Source of the DNA: an uncultured Anaerolineae bacterium
GTDB taxonomy: Bacteria > Chloroflexota > Anaerolineae > JAADDB01
Length of the DNA stretch: 64,000 nt
Direction: 5' to 3'
Assembly: GCA_964402285.1 (NCBI GenBank)
Contig: CAYOAZ010000010.1
Span: forward strand, 8,357-72,356
A program made the translations under genes and the position numbers. Below are positions 27,971 through 38,418 of the stretch, in pieces. The notes beneath the pieces were generated by a model that saw only the letters and a program-made list of their open reading frames with translations, ran no database searches and was not told the DNA's origin. Each line of letters begins with the position of its first letter. The first letter of the stretch is position 1.

Positions 27971-29467
27971 ATGGAACTGTATACACTAACCGCACATGAG
28001 GCTCGCGAACTCCTGCGCAGGGGCGAAATCTCATCCCTCGAATTAACCAGGGCGGTTTTGGATCGCATCAATCAAGTTGAATCTGATGTCAAAGCATACA
28101 TTACTCTAACTCCGGAAACGGCATTGGCTCAGGCCGAGGAGGCCGATCGCCGTTTTCAGGAGGCACGGCAGGACGGCACGACGGACGAATTGCCCTCTTT
28201 ACTGGGCATCCCCCTGGCGGTTAAGGATGTGATCAGTACACGCGGCATCCGTACAACGTGTGCGTCCCGCATTTTGCACAATTACATTCCACCGTATGAT
28301 GCTACGGCGGTCCAGCGTTTACGGGCTGCCGGTGCTGTGATTGTGGGTAAGACGAACACCGATGAGTTCGCTATGGGGTGGAGTACAGAGAATTCCGCGT
28401 TTGGACCCAGCCATAACCCCTGGGATCTGTCCCGTGTACCGGGAGGGTCGAGTGGGGGCAATGCTGCGGCCCTGGCAGCCCATGAGACGATAATTGCCAT
28501 CGGTTCGGATACCGGAGGCAGTGTACGGCAGCCCGCGGCTTTTACCAACCAGGTAGCACTCCGGCCGACTTACGGACGTGTATCCCGTTACGGGTTGGTC
28601 GCGTTTGCTTCCTCTCTGGATCAGATAGGTCCTATGACCAAGGATGTGACCGATTGCGCGTTGGTATATCAGACTATTGCTGGTTATGACCCCAACGATA
28701 GTACGTCTGTAAATCAACCCGTGGAGGATGTCCTATCTGTTTTGGGCGAGGATATTCGTGGGGTGCGTGTGGGCGTACCTACCGAGTACTTTGGTGAGGG
28801 GATTGATGAGCGTGTTGCTGCCCAAGTGCGTGAAGCGCTGCATGTACTGGAGACTCTGGGCGCGGAGGTTGTGGAGATCTCTCTGCCCCTTACCCCACAC
28901 AGCATACCCGCGTATTACATTATTGCCACGGCCGAGGCTTCGGCGAACCTGGCTCGGTTTGACGGTGTCCGCTACGGGTACAGCGCACCGGCCGATTCCC
29001 TCTGGGAGCATTATATGCGCACTCGCGGGGAAGGGTTCGGCCCCGAAGTAAAGCGGCGGATTATTTTGGGCACTTATGCGCTTTCCGCGGGATATTATGA
29101 TGCTTATTATCTACGCGCCCAGAAGGTACGCACCCTTATTCGACAGGATTTCGAGCGGGCGTTTGAACATGTGGACGTCATTGCAGGACCAACGACCCCT
29201 GTACTTCCCTGGCCCATCGGTTGGGCCATGGAAAATCCTGTCCAAGCCTACCTGACGGATTTGCTCACCCTCTCCCAGGCGATTGCCGGCATTCCCGCCA
29301 TGTCCGTTCCGGCAGGATTCGTAGACGGTTTACCTGTGGGATTGCAACTGGTTGGCAAAGCCTTTGATGAACGCACTCTCTTCCGCGTGGCGTATGCATT
29401 TGAACAAGCAACAGGGTGGGGAAGACATCAGGCCCCCCTCGTGTCGTCCGGGGAAACACAAGAATAA
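27971..29467 (+). CDS. gatA: Asp/Glu-tRNA amidotransferase subunit A
   Basis: [56 protein letters not shown]. Adjacent to gatC. Confidence 0.97.
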   Translation: MELYTLTAHEARELLRRGEISSLELTRAVLDRINQVESDVKAYITLTPETALAQAEEADRRFQEARQDGTTDELPSLLGIPLAVKDVISTRGIRTTCASRILHNYIPPYDATAVQRLRAAGAVIVGKTNTDEFAMGWSTENSAFGPSHNPWDLSRVPGGSSGGNAAALAAHETIIAIGSDTGGSVRQPAAFTNQVALRPTYGRVSRYGLVAFASSLDQIGPMTKDVTDCALVYQTIAGYDPNDSTSVNQPVEDVLSVLGEDIRGVRVGVPTEYFGEGIDERVAAQVREALHVLETLGAEVVEISLPLTPHSIPAYYIIATAEASANLARFDGVRYGYSAPADSLWEHYMRTRGEGFGPEVKRRIILGTYALSAGYYDAYYLRAQKVRTLIRQDFERAFEHVDVIAGPTTPVLPWPIGWAMENPVQAYLTDLLTLSQAIAGIPAMSVPAGFVDGLPVGLQLVGKAFDERTLFRVAYAFEQATGWGRHQAPLVSSGETQE

Positions 29468-29517
29468 CGGCCAAAAGTCCTGTTGGGAGATACCCATCTT
29501 ACAAAAGGAGGGCTTCA

Positions 29518-30141
29518 ATGCTTGTTGATTTGACGATTCGTGACTATTTGGACCAGTTGGCTTCCGGTGCACCGACGCCCGGGGGCGGCGCGGCTGCTGC
29601 ATTAACCGGCGCACAAGGGGCAGCGCTGGTAAGCATGGTGTGCAATCTAACCATCGGGAAGAAGAAGTACGCGGATGTGGAAGCGGAAATGAAGGATGTT
29701 CTTCAGAAAAGCGAATCTTTACGTGCCAAACTTACTGACCTTATCGATGAAGATGCAGCCGCTTTTGACAAGGTAAGCGAAGCGTACGGAATGCCCAAGA
29801 GCACCGAGGAGGAAAAGGCCGCGCGTCGAGCGGCTATTCAAGAGGCCCTCAAGATCGCTGAAGCGGTTCCCATGCGCACGGTTGAAGCATGTCTGGATGT
29901 TATCCGGTTGGCCATTATTGCCGCGGAGAAGGGGAATAAGAACGTGGTCAGCGACGCGGCTGTGGCTGGCATTCTTGGCCATGCTGGCTTACTCAGTGCC
30001 GCGGACAACGTACGCATTAATCTCAACTTGATAAAGGATGAGGCTTTTGTAACGCGCGAGCGGGAGAAATTGAACGCCTTCCTGCAGGCGGCAGAAGAGG
30101 CAATGGCCGAACTGGAGAAGACGTTGGCAGGGAAACTGTGA
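29518..30141 (+). CDS. fchA: Cyclodeaminase/cyclohydrolase family (FTCD_C, FchA-like)
   Basis: LASGAPTPGGGAAAA, MVCNLTIGKKKY, LIDEDAAAF, GNKNVVSDAAV, NVRINL. Confidence 0.85.
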   Translation: MLVDLTIRDYLDQLASGAPTPGGGAAAALTGAQGAALVSMVCNLTIGKKKYADVEAEMKDVLQKSESLRAKLTDLIDEDAAAFDKVSEAYGMPKSTEEEKAARRAAIQEALKIAEAVPMRTVEACLDVIRLAIIAAEKGNKNVVSDAAVAGILGHAGLLSAADNVRINLNLIKDEAFVTREREKLNAFLQAAEEAMAELEKTLAGKL

Positions 30142-30153
30142 GAGGAGGGGGCT

Positions 30154-31023
30154 ATGGCAGCCGAGTTAATGAAGGGGAGTCCGGTCAGCAAACGCATTCG
30201 AGCGCAAGTTAAGGAACGCATTGAAGCGCTAAAGGAGAAATACGAACGAGTGCCTGGCTTGGCCATTGTTCGCGCGGGGGAAGATCCAGCCTCCGTGTGG
30301 TATGCTAATAGTTTGAAAAAGGCTGCTGTGAAAGTGGGCATTGACGCCCGCATTGTGGCTTTGCCAGAGGATATTTCTCAAGCGGATTTTGAGGCGCAAT
30401 TACAGCGTTTGAACCAGGATGAGAACGTCCACGGCATTATCCTCCAAGAGCCCTATCCTGATCACATTGACGCGGATCGCATTGTAGGGCTACTCGATCC
30501 CAACAAGGATGTGGATGGCGTACATCCCCTGAACGCGGGTTATCATTTCTTGGGGGCCCCACGCTTCATTCCTGCCACCCCGTTGGGCGGCTTGCTCCTG
30601 TTGGACGAGTACGGCATCCAACTTAAAGGGGCGGAAGCCGTGGTTGTAGGACGTTCCAACATTGTAGGTAAACCATTGGCCATGCTCCTTTTAAGTCGCC
30701 ATGCTACGGTAACAATTTGTCACTCCCGGACCCGGGATTTGGGTGAGGTTACGAGGCGGGCTGATGTGTTGTGTGTAGCCGTTGGTCGGGCTGGCCTGAT
30801 TACCGGGGACATGATTAAGCCGGGGGCTGTCGTGGTTGACTTTGGAACAAATCCAGTGGGCGACGAACTCAAAGGGGATGTGGACTTTGAAAGTGCGGTA
30901 GAGGTCGCGGGCAAGATCACCCCCGTCCCTGGGGGAACCGGTCCCGTTACCACGGCTGTCTTGCTGCATAATGTACTCAACGCATTTGAGAGGTACATGG
31001 GGGAAGAACTCACTGGCTTTTGA
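30154..31023 (+). CDS. folD: Bifunctional methylene-THF dehydrogenase/cyclohydrolase
   Basis: HGIILQEP, KDVDGVHP, PATPLG, VVVGRSNIVGKP, VTICHSRT, ITPVPGGTGPVT. Confidence 0.97.
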   Translation: MAAELMKGSPVSKRIRAQVKERIEALKEKYERVPGLAIVRAGEDPASVWYANSLKKAAVKVGIDARIVALPEDISQADFEAQLQRLNQDENVHGIILQEPYPDHIDADRIVGLLDPNKDVDGVHPLNAGYHFLGAPRFIPATPLGGLLLLDEYGIQLKGAEAVVVGRSNIVGKPLAMLLLSRHATVTICHSRTRDLGEVTRRADVLCVAVGRAGLITGDMIKPGAVVVDFGTNPVGDELKGDVDFESAVEVAGKITPVPGGTGPVTTAVLLHNVLNAFERYMGEELTGF

Positions 31024-31031
31024 TGGAGCAC

Positions 31032-31071
31032 AAGGCCGGTCCGGAGGACGTGCATTTCGGACCGGCCTTTT
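31032..31071 (+). terminator. Intrinsic terminator after folD
   Basis: 12-bp stem AAGGCCGGTCCG/CGGACCGGCCTT followed by a short T run. Confidence 0.7.
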
Positions 31072-31108
31072 AGCGCGTTTTGGCGAATTTCACCTTTGAA
31101 AGGAGACA

Positions 31109-32266
31109 TTGATGAAGCGTATTTTCCTTTTGGTTACTGTGTTGCTCTTTGCCCTGGGCGTAGTCGTTGCCTGTGGACAGTCGACTCCTACACCAACACC
31201 TACACCTGTGCCTCCCACAGATACACCTACTCCGCTCCCTCAACCTTCACCAACCGTGGAACCGACCGCCACGACGACGAGCAAGGATACCTCGGCGGAA
31301 CCCATGAAACCCTATTATGAAGCCCTGGATGCCCTGGCTGCGTATACCGCCACCTTGGTCATGGAATACACCCCGGCCAAAGGTTCAGATGCCTCGCCGT
31401 TTCGTGTGGTGTTCACCGAATTACGGAAGCGAGGTGATCCGCCGATGCAAAAGGTACGCATTCGCGGGCTCTCCTCCGTGGATCCTGCCAACACCCGGAA
31501 TGACGCCACATATGTGTTCATCGGTGACGAGACCTGGTTTGTAGCCGGTCAGGATCGGTTTTACACTACCCACGCCACACAACGACGGTTGTATTTATCT
31601 CCGGAGGACATGATCCCGGTTACCACACAATTGGAATCTAAAGGCCACTATCCTGAACCTGTCAATGGGCTGGACGTGGACTATTTTGTAATTCCCGATG
31701 GCAAGTCCATTTTTGGTGAGGGTCCTGATGCTCCCACCAATGCCGAACTGCTCCAGGGTGATGTGTGGGTAGCGCGAGATGGGAACTTTATCACTCGTTA
31801 CATAATCCGGGCCCGTGCGGATGATCTCAAACTGCGTCGTGATCCAACGCCTGGAGAGCTCTCCATTGTGTACAATGTGCGTCCATTAGCCCCTGCCGAC
31901 GTGCACATTTCACCTCCCGAGAACGCGTTGACCCTTGCCGATACGGTCATTAAGGGGTTTCAACCGGGGGAATTCCCTGTACCTGAAGATGCCCAGGTGG
32001 AAACATTGGTGAACACAGAGAAGCAACAACTCATTTCCCTCATTGTGCCGGGTACAACTATAACGGACACTTTCTCTTTCTACGCCCAATCCCTTGATGC
32101 GCTCGGTTGGGAAGAAATTCAAGATGACCACCATGCGGATGCAACGTTTGTTTATTCCTCATGGGCAAAGGATGACAACACCGTGATGCTTTCTATCCGG
32201 GCTTTACGCACTGAGGAAGGCGTGCAGGTTGTGGCACAAAATGGTCCTACTCAGGTCACAAAGTAA
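31109..32266 (+). CDS. Lipoprotein with PT linker, LolA/LppX-like beta domain and second C-terminal domain
   Basis: Lipobox VVAC, PTPTP linker, VNGLDVDYF...GDVWVARDG pattern. The fold call is an inference. Confidence 0.65.
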   Translation: MMKRIFLLVTVLLFALGVVVACGQSTPTPTPTPVPPTDTPTPLPQPSPTVEPTATTTSKDTSAEPMKPYYEALDALAAYTATLVMEYTPAKGSDASPFRVVFTELRKRGDPPMQKVRIRGLSSVDPANTRNDATYVFIGDETWFVAGQDRFYTTHATQRRLYLSPEDMIPVTTQLESKGHYPEPVNGLDVDYFVIPDGKSIFGEGPDAPTNAELLQGDVWVARDGNFITRYIIRARADDLKLRRDPTPGELSIVYNVRPLAPADVHISPPENALTLADTVIKGFQPGEFPVPEDAQVETLVNTEKQQLISLIVPGTTITDTFSFYAQSLDALGWEEIQDDHHADATFVYSSWAKDDNTVMLSIRALRTEEGVQVVAQNGPTQVTK

Positions 32267-32372
32267 GTTGACGAATGAGCCGCCGGAGGGCGGTGTTGCC
32301 TTCCGCGCTCAACGAAGTACTCACAGTACCAAGCAGACCTTCACATCTTAAATTCAACGAGGAGGGGATGAC

Positions 32373-33695
32373 ATGGCGGAGAGGATTGTACCGGGACCGA
32401 ACGCGGAGGCCTGGATCCAGCGAGATGGTGCCAACATATCGCCCTCGTACACACGCAGTTACCCCTTTGTTATGGCGCGGGGGGAAGGGGTATATGTATG
32501 GGACGTAGATGGTAACAAATTCCTCGACTTTACATCGGGCATTGCTGTGACCAGCACTGGTCATAGCCATCCGGAGGTCGTGGAGGCGATTAAGCAGCAG
32601 GTTGACCTGTTTTTGCACATGTCGGGAACGGACTTTTATTACCCCCAGCAGATTGAACTGGCAGAAACACTTAATCGACTGGCCCCGATTTCCGAGCCGA
32701 CACTGGTGTTCTTCACCAACTCCGGGGCCGAGTCCGTGGAAGCAGCAATTAAACTGGCGCGTTATGCCACAGGTCGACCGCACATTATCGCGTTCCGCAA
32801 TGCATTCCACGGACGCACGATGGGGGCTCTCTCCCTGACGGCATCTAAAGTGGTCCAACGGCGGGGGTTTGCTCCCCTTCTGCCTGAGGTGACCCATGTA
32901 GATTACGGGTATTGTTACCGCTGTCCCTTTAACTTGAAGTACCCGGAATGTGATTTTCGCTGTATTCGCGTCATAGAGGAGGAGTTGTTCCGGGCAGAGG
33001 TGCCTCCGGATCAGGTGGCGGCTATTTTTGTGGAACCCATTCAGGGCGAAGGTGGATATGTGGTACCGCCGCCGGGCTGGATGAAGGCCCTGCGTGAGTT
33101 GACGCAGAAGTACGGTATTCTCCTGGTGGCGGATGAAGTGCAGACAGGCATGGGACGGACCGGCAAGATGTTCGCCATGGAGCACTTTGGCGTGGAACCC
33201 GATATTATCGCGGTGGCTAAAGGCATTGCTTCGGGTATGCCTTTGGGCGCTATCATTGCCCGCAAGTCCTTGATGACCTGGCCTCCGGGAGCGCACGCGA
33301 GCACATTTGGTGGCAATCCTGTTTCCTGTGCTGCCGCGTTGGCTACTATCCGCCTGCTGGAGAACGGGCTGATCGAGAACGCTGCCCGCGTTGGCAAGCA
33401 CATGATGGCCCGGTTACTGGACATGAAGGATGCTCACCCCAGCATGGGGGATGTGCGAGGCTTGGGCTTGATGCTCGGTGTGGAGTTCGTTCGCGACCGG
33501 GAGACCAAGGAGCGGGCTAAGGATATTCGTGATTGGATTGTGCAACGCGCCTTTGAGAAGGGATTGCTCATTTTAGGAGCAGGCGTTAACGTCATACGCT
33601 TCATTCCGCCGCTGGTTATTGATGAGCAAACCGCGGATGAAGGCCTCGACATCTTCGAGGACGTTTTAACGGAGGCAGAAAAGGAACTCCTTTAA
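32373..33695 (+). CDS. Class III PLP aminotransferase (4-aminobutyrate/acetylornithine family)
   Basis: DVDGNKFLDFTSG, FFTNSGAESVEAA, AFHGRT, FVEPIQGEGG, LVADEVQTGMGRTG, AKGIASG, STFGGNP. Confidence 0.93.
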   Translation: MAERIVPGPNAEAWIQRDGANISPSYTRSYPFVMARGEGVYVWDVDGNKFLDFTSGIAVTSTGHSHPEVVEAIKQQVDLFLHMSGTDFYYPQQIELAETLNRLAPISEPTLVFFTNSGAESVEAAIKLARYATGRPHIIAFRNAFHGRTMGALSLTASKVVQRRGFAPLLPEVTHVDYGYCYRCPFNLKYPECDFRCIRVIEEELFRAEVPPDQVAAIFVEPIQGEGGYVVPPPGWMKALRELTQKYGILLVADEVQTGMGRTGKMFAMEHFGVEPDIIAVAKGIASGMPLGAIIARKSLMTWPPGAHASTFGGNPVSCAAALATIRLLENGLIENAARVGKHMMARLLDMKDAHPSMGDVRGLGLMLGVEFVRDRETKERAKDIRDWIVQRAFEKGLLILGAGVNVIRFIPPLVIDEQTADEGLDIFEDVLTEAEKELL

Positions 33696-33710
33696 CGTGC
33701 TGTTCCAAAG

Positions 33711-33747
33711 GACGGGAGGGCCGTGAGGGTAAGACGGCCCTCCCGTC
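33711..33747. terminator. Hairpin between convergent genes
   Basis: 14-bp stem GACGGGAGGGCCGT/ACGGCCCTCCCGTC. Confidence 0.7.
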
Positions 33748-33750
33748 AGG

Positions 33751-34611
33751 TTATGCGGCCTTCTTTCTTCGTGCCCGCTCTCGTCGCTTCCTTTCCTTCT
33801 CGTAGTAGGCGAGGATGTTGGCCCGGTGAATGTGGACAGTGAGCCCTTCCAAGGGGATACGGGATTTTCCGAACTCCTCAATGGGAATGCGCAGCAGCGT
33901 GGAAACGGGTTTTCCTTGTTCTATGGCGTCTTTGACAACGCGCACCAGTTTTTCCAGGTAGGCAATGTTGCTATCAATGTGCTCGCCGATTTCCCCCCGC
34001 AGGAGCACTTCCCCATGCCCTTGTACTAGATGTTCCATTTGATAGGACTTTTTGATGGTCTTCAGTGATTGAATGAGATCTTCTGGATCCCCATCGGCAA
34101 TGTAGGGAATGGGCATCATTGTGTCACTGGCGAGCAGGGTGCGGTCCTCCTGAATGTACGCCCCTATGAGGTCGGGGGTATGACCCGGTGAGTGGAATAA
34201 GGTAATGGTCTTGTTCCCCAGGTGCAACGCGGCGTCTTCCTCAGTCCACAATGCTGGGTGGCGTAAAGTGACTTCGTTTAGTTCTGGTTCTGACTGGCGG
34301 GCTTCTTCTAGGCCTTTGCGACCGTAGCGGGTGAGTAAATCATAGCATCGCCGATGGCCTATGACTTCGGCTTCGGGGAATAAATAGGCGCCGTACACGT
34401 GATCCGCGTGGGAATGGGATAGAATCAAATAGCGGACCGGGCCTCTTCTGCGGTTGCGGATGAATTCCAGCATTTGCCGGGTTTCGCTGGGGAATGGTAA
34501 TGTATCAAATACGACAACGCCTCGCTCGGTAAAGATAACTGTTGCTGTGACTTCAATGTACCGTTCACTGGTGAAGACGTAGATGTCCTCGGTTAGGCGT
34601 TCTCGGTGCAT
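33751..34611 (-). CDS. MBL-fold metallo-hydrolase
   Basis: VVFDT, LSHSHADHVYG, PGHTPD, LASDT, VQGHG. Confidence 0.88.
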   Translation of the reverse strand: MHRERLTEDIYVFTSERYIEVTATVIFTERGVVVFDTLPFPSETRQMLEFIRNRRRGPVRYLILSHSHADHVYGAYLFPEAEVIGHRRCYDLLTRYGRKGLEEARQSEPELNEVTLRHPALWTEEDAALHLGNKTITLFHSPGHTPDLIGAYIQEDRTLLASDTMMPIPYIADGDPEDLIQSLKTIKKSYQMEHLVQGHGEVLLRGEIGEHIDSNIAYLEKLVRVVKDAIEQGKPVSTLLRIPIEEFGKSRIPLEGLTVHIHRANILAYYEKERKRRERARRKKAA

Positions 34612-34682
34612 GCACAAACCTCCACTGGTGGCTGATGCCAGCATAACATACCGAGGGAGCAAAGTCAATACCCTCGGACACT

Positions 34683-34718
34683 AAAAAATACAGACCACCA
34701 GGCCGCCCCGGTGGTCTG
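34683..34718 (-). terminator. Intrinsic terminator after 6S RNA
   Basis: CAGACCACC/GGTGGTCTG stem followed by TATTTTTT on the minus strand. Confidence 0.85.
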
Positions 34719-34720
34719 TC

Positions 34721-34890
34721 CCCCCGCAGTGCCGTGTGCCGAGTGGTCCTGAACCTGCTCTCGCAGGTGGGGATCTCGGGTGAGGTTCCCGCCTTGCCTC
34801 TCGGCTATCGCGTTCCCCTCACGCATCTCGATCCCCGTTTTTGATAAGTTGGGTCAGGACGCATCATGGCATCACGCACACCGCAGGGCC
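34721..34890 (-). ncRNA. ssrS: 6S RNA
   Basis: About 170-nt rod. The 5' CCCTGCGGTGTGCG pairs with the 3' CGGCACTGCGGGG. TCCTGACCC pairs with GGTTCAGGA next to an A-rich central bubble, and the CCACCTG...CAGGTTC element is present. It has its own promoter and terminator. Confidence 0.85.
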
Positions 34891-34896
34891 GTAAAA

Positions 34897-34925
34897 ACTA
34901 TACCATAGGTTAGAGGAGTAGACAA
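34897..34925 (-). promoter_or_regulatory. sigma70 promoter of 6S RNA
   Basis: TTGTCT-N17-TATAGT with an extended -10 TG. Confidence 0.8.
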
Positions 34926-34981
34926 ATCGACGTCTATTCATGCCCTTGCGGGTGGGACAAGAGGGCGAGCGCGTCCCCATG

Positions 34982-36697
34982 TCATTTCCTCAAGATAATC
35001 ACCCCATGTTCTCCCATGGCCGCGTAAATGTACCGAGACTGCCGGGTGATTCGATAGGTGGCACTCCCAAAGTGATGTTCCATGTCTCGTATAAGGGCAA
35101 AGGCATAACGTTCAACGGGTGAGTGCGGTGTGTGAATGTCTATGGCTTTAATATAGCCGTCCAGGGATACGGTGAAGAGATATTCCTGGCCGTGGGTTAC
35201 ATCTACCACCGGTCCAATCCATCCGTCTCGGTGCCGCACCACTGGCTGTTCTGGATGTGATATATCTACCACAATGGGTTGAGCCCCAAAGTAGGCCATG
35301 TTGTCAGTTACCACCATCCCTCCGTCGCCATCGTGGGCAGATATTGTGTTGACCCCGGAAATGAGGAGCGTGGCAACGGGACGGAGAGCACCTTGCTCGT
35401 TCACTAGAACTTCAAAGCGTGTATCCGCACGTCCCTGATTTCCCCAGAGGTAGAGGTATTCTCCTTGTGTGGCCATGCCTCCTACGACGAATGAAGTGGG
35501 ATAAATATCCGTTGGGGAGGGGCGCATGGGATCTGTCACATTTATTTTCACAACACCAGCCAAGGAGTTCACGAACGCGTACCGACCCTCATCTGTCACG
35601 GTTATCTGTCGGGCCAGACTCCCAAGGGTGTACTGCCCGAGTACCTGTGGTGGAATTTGCGAAATGTCCAGGAGAACAACTTTCTTCTCCTGAATCAGGT
35701 ATGCTATTCCACCTTGCACGTGGATGTCCGTTACGAGAGGACCGCCCAATTCAACGCGGGCGAGCGGATGTGGTCGCGTTGGTGAGGTGATGTCGTATAT
35801 TCTGAGTTCTCCGGGACCGCCAACGAGCAAGGTGGTTCCCCATACGGCGATGCTGGTGGCTATGCCGCTTCCATATCCGACAAATTGAAATGGGGCACGT
35901 TCGGGTGGAGTGTGAATCTCTCCCTTTGCGAGGGGTTCTCGGTAACACACGCGGAAGTAAGGTCTGTACTGTGCGGGGGCTTCACTGCTGTAAATTTGCC
36001 AGTTCCCCCAATGGCTATCCCCGTTCCACGCAAGGGCAACACCCACGTTTGGCCAGTGGGCACTTATCCACCCCTGTACAAGAGGTTGCACATCCAGGGA
36101 ATAGGCGCCTGTCTCCGTGTAGGTAAGGGTTGTTTCCGGGGTTGGGGCATATGGAGGGTATGCCCGATGTGAGATCCAGTTTTCCCGCCAGGGATGAAGT
36201 ACCTGATGTAGGGCTATGCTACTGGGCGGTCCCCAAACTCCAGCCACGTGGATAACTAAGGAGGCTTGTGTGATGAGTGATCCGGTGGGTATACTCAACA
36301 GATCCGCGAAGAGAAAAGCCCTGGCAGAAGAACTCACCGTCAGTCTACGCTCATTTCCGTGGGTGCCCGGTGCGTTGGGATCCACATATGTGTCGTCGCT
36401 GACTGTGAAGTTTTCACATATTTCGGGGCCGTACGTGGGTACGGTGGGAGTAGGGGTGGGAGTGGGTGTCGGCGGTATAACTTCAGTGGGGGTAGGCGTC
36501 GGTGTGAATGTGGATCCGGTTCCGATGAGGTGGGGAAGGTATAGGGAGTTGGATCTCGGTGCAATGCTCGGCGTCTCCGCGTGGAGATCTGGAACCAGCA
36601 GGAGGGAGTGTGTGGGATGGTGGTTCAAGGTGATGAACGTTACTGTGAGAACGAGAATGCATAAGGTGCAAAGAGTACGTTGAGTGAGTGTGCGCAT
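34982..36697 (-). CDS. Secreted DNRLRE-like domain plus LVIVD-repeat beta-propeller protein
   Basis: Signal peptide, SLYLPHLI motif, PT linker, DDTYV...ARAFLFADL...YSLDVQPLVQGW...YSSEA, then repeats such as LRIYDITSPTRP and VVDISHPEQP. RBS gaggagg. Confidence 0.75.
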   Translation of the reverse strand: MRTLTQRTLCTLCILVLTVTFITLNHHPTHSLLLVPDLHAETPSIAPRSNSLYLPHLIGTGSTFTPTPTPTEVIPPTPTPTPTPTVPTYGPEICENFTVSDDTYVDPNAPGTHGNERRLTVSSSARAFLFADLLSIPTGSLITQASLVIHVAGVWGPPSSIALHQVLHPWRENWISHRAYPPYAPTPETTLTYTETGAYSLDVQPLVQGWISAHWPNVGVALAWNGDSHWGNWQIYSSEAPAQYRPYFRVCYREPLAKGEIHTPPERAPFQFVGYGSGIATSIAVWGTTLLVGGPGELRIYDITSPTRPHPLARVELGGPLVTDIHVQGGIAYLIQEKKVVLLDISQIPPQVLGQYTLGSLARQITVTDEGRYAFVNSLAGVVKINVTDPMRPSPTDIYPTSFVVGGMATQGEYLYLWGNQGRADTRFEVLVNEQGALRPVATLLISGVNTISAHDGDGGMVVTDNMAYFGAQPIVVDISHPEQPVVRHRDGWIGPVVDVTHGQEYLFTVSLDGYIKAIDIHTPHSPVERYAFALIRDMEHHFGSATYRITRQSRYIYAAMGEHGVIILRK

Positions 36698-36916
36698 GGT
36701 GAACCTCCTCTGTGTGTGCAAGATGATTATACAACATAAAGAAAAAGATAGAAAAAGTTTTCCATTCCTTCCTCCTGGACCGTGGGACTTTGGCACTTTT
36801 CCTGAAAGTTAGGTGGGGAGTGGGACAGAATCGCTTTCCTCAATGTGGCGTTAGACAGGAAAAGAAGATTGTGGTAAAAGGAGCCGCGGTGAACTTGAGA
36901 ATGCGAGGGGTGTGCA

Positions 36917-38377
36917 ATGGCGTACAAGAGTTTATGGGAGTTTGTGCACCGGTTGGAACAAGCCGGAGATCTGGTCCGGGTGCGCGTCCCTGTGAGCGCG
37001 GAGTTGGAGATTACGGAGATTGCTGATCGGGTGATGAAATCGCCTCCCGAACGCAATAAGGCATTGCTTTTTGAGAATGTTCGCGGGGCAGAGATGCCGG
37101 TTTTAATTAACATGTTCGGTTCGGCCCGCCGTATGGCTTGGGCGTTGGGCGTGGATGATTTGGAAGAGTTGCGTTATCGCTTGGAACGCTTGATAAAACC
37201 AGAAATTCCTCGTGGGTTGAGTGATAAATTACGCCTGGGCGCGGAACTTTTGCCCGTGCTGCGAGCCGTAGGTCCTCGGATGGTAACGAAGGGGGCATGT
37301 CAGGAGGTCGTCATTACGGATAGCCCCTCCTTGGATCGATTGCCTATTTTGAAATCCTGGCCCAAGGATGGCGGACGTTTTATCACGTTGCCGCAGGTTA
37401 TTACGCGCGACCCGCGGACCGGTAAACGTAATGTGGGAATGTATCGCCTCCAAGTCTATGATGAACGCACTCTGGGAATGCACTGGCAACTCCACAAGGG
37501 CGGAGCCGAACACGCACGGGTTGCGCGGGAAATGGGTATTGAGCACTTACCTGTTGCCGTGGCTTTGGGGGGAGACCCCGCGGAAATTTGGGTGGCTTCA
37601 GCCCCACTTCCTCCGGATATTGACGAGTACATGCTGGCCGGATGGCTTCGTGGTAAGCCTGTGGAGTTGGTAAAGTGTGTTACCCAACCGCTGGAGGTGC
37701 CGGCCGACGCGGATATTGTCATTGAAGGGTATGTGAACGTAACGGAATTGCGAACGGAGGGCCCCTTTGGGGATCACACCGGGTATTATACCCCTCCCGA
37801 TCTTTATCCTGTAATGCATGTAACAGCCATTACCCATCGCCGCCGTCCCATATACCCGGCTACCATTGTGGGACGCCCTCCAATGGAGGATTATTGGATG
37901 GGGAAAGCAACCGAGCGTTTGTTTTTGCCTTTGCTGCAGTTGTTTATTCCGGAAGTTTTGGACATGAATATGCCGGCTGAAGGCGTTTTTCACAATCTTC
38001 TCATTGTGAAGATGCGCAAACGCTATCCTGGTCACGTGCGGAAGGTCATTCACGGAATTTGGGGGCTCGGGTTGATGTCGCTGACAAAAGCTGTGGTCGT
38101 GGTGGATGATTGGGTGGATATCCACAACCTGAGCGAGGTGGCGTGGCAGGTCTTAGGGAACGTGGATTGGGCCCGTGACGTTATTATTACCGAAGGGCCT
38201 GTGGACGCGTTGGATCATGCCTCGTATCGTCCGAACTTTGGTGGTAAGATAGGGGTGGATGCGACGACCAAAGATGAACGGGACGGCTACACGCGAACAT
38301 GGCCCGAGCGCATAGAAATGCTACCGGAGATTAAATCCCTGGTGGATCAGCGGTGGAAGGAATATGGGATTGAGTGA
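36917..38377 (+). CDS. ubiD: UbiD-family decarboxylase (menaquinone biosynthesis, futalosine pathway)
   Basis: DGGRFITLP, NVGMYRLQ, MHWQLHKGG, EGPFGDHTGYY, GKATERLFLP, GGKIGVDAT. Confidence 0.93.
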   Translation: MAYKSLWEFVHRLEQAGDLVRVRVPVSAELEITEIADRVMKSPPERNKALLFENVRGAEMPVLINMFGSARRMAWALGVDDLEELRYRLERLIKPEIPRGLSDKLRLGAELLPVLRAVGPRMVTKGACQEVVITDSPSLDRLPILKSWPKDGGRFITLPQVITRDPRTGKRNVGMYRLQVYDERTLGMHWQLHKGGAEHARVAREMGIEHLPVAVALGGDPAEIWVASAPLPPDIDEYMLAGWLRGKPVELVKCVTQPLEVPADADIVIEGYVNVTELRTEGPFGDHTGYYTPPDLYPVMHVTAITHRRRPIYPATIVGRPPMEDYWMGKATERLFLPLLQLFIPEVLDMNMPAEGVFHNLLIVKMRKRYPGHVRKVIHGIWGLGLMSLTKAVVVVDDWVDIHNLSEVAWQVLGNVDWARDVIITEGPVDALDHASYRPNFGGKIGVDATTKDERDGYTRTWPERIEMLPEIKSLVDQRWKEYGIE

Positions 38378-38418
38378 TTGCGCCGCTACCCTGACTTCTC
38401 CCTTAAGACGGTAAGCCA

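Noticed and set aside
32256-33401. 381-aa antisense ORF
   Set aside because: A shadow frame of the well-supported aminotransferase gene.
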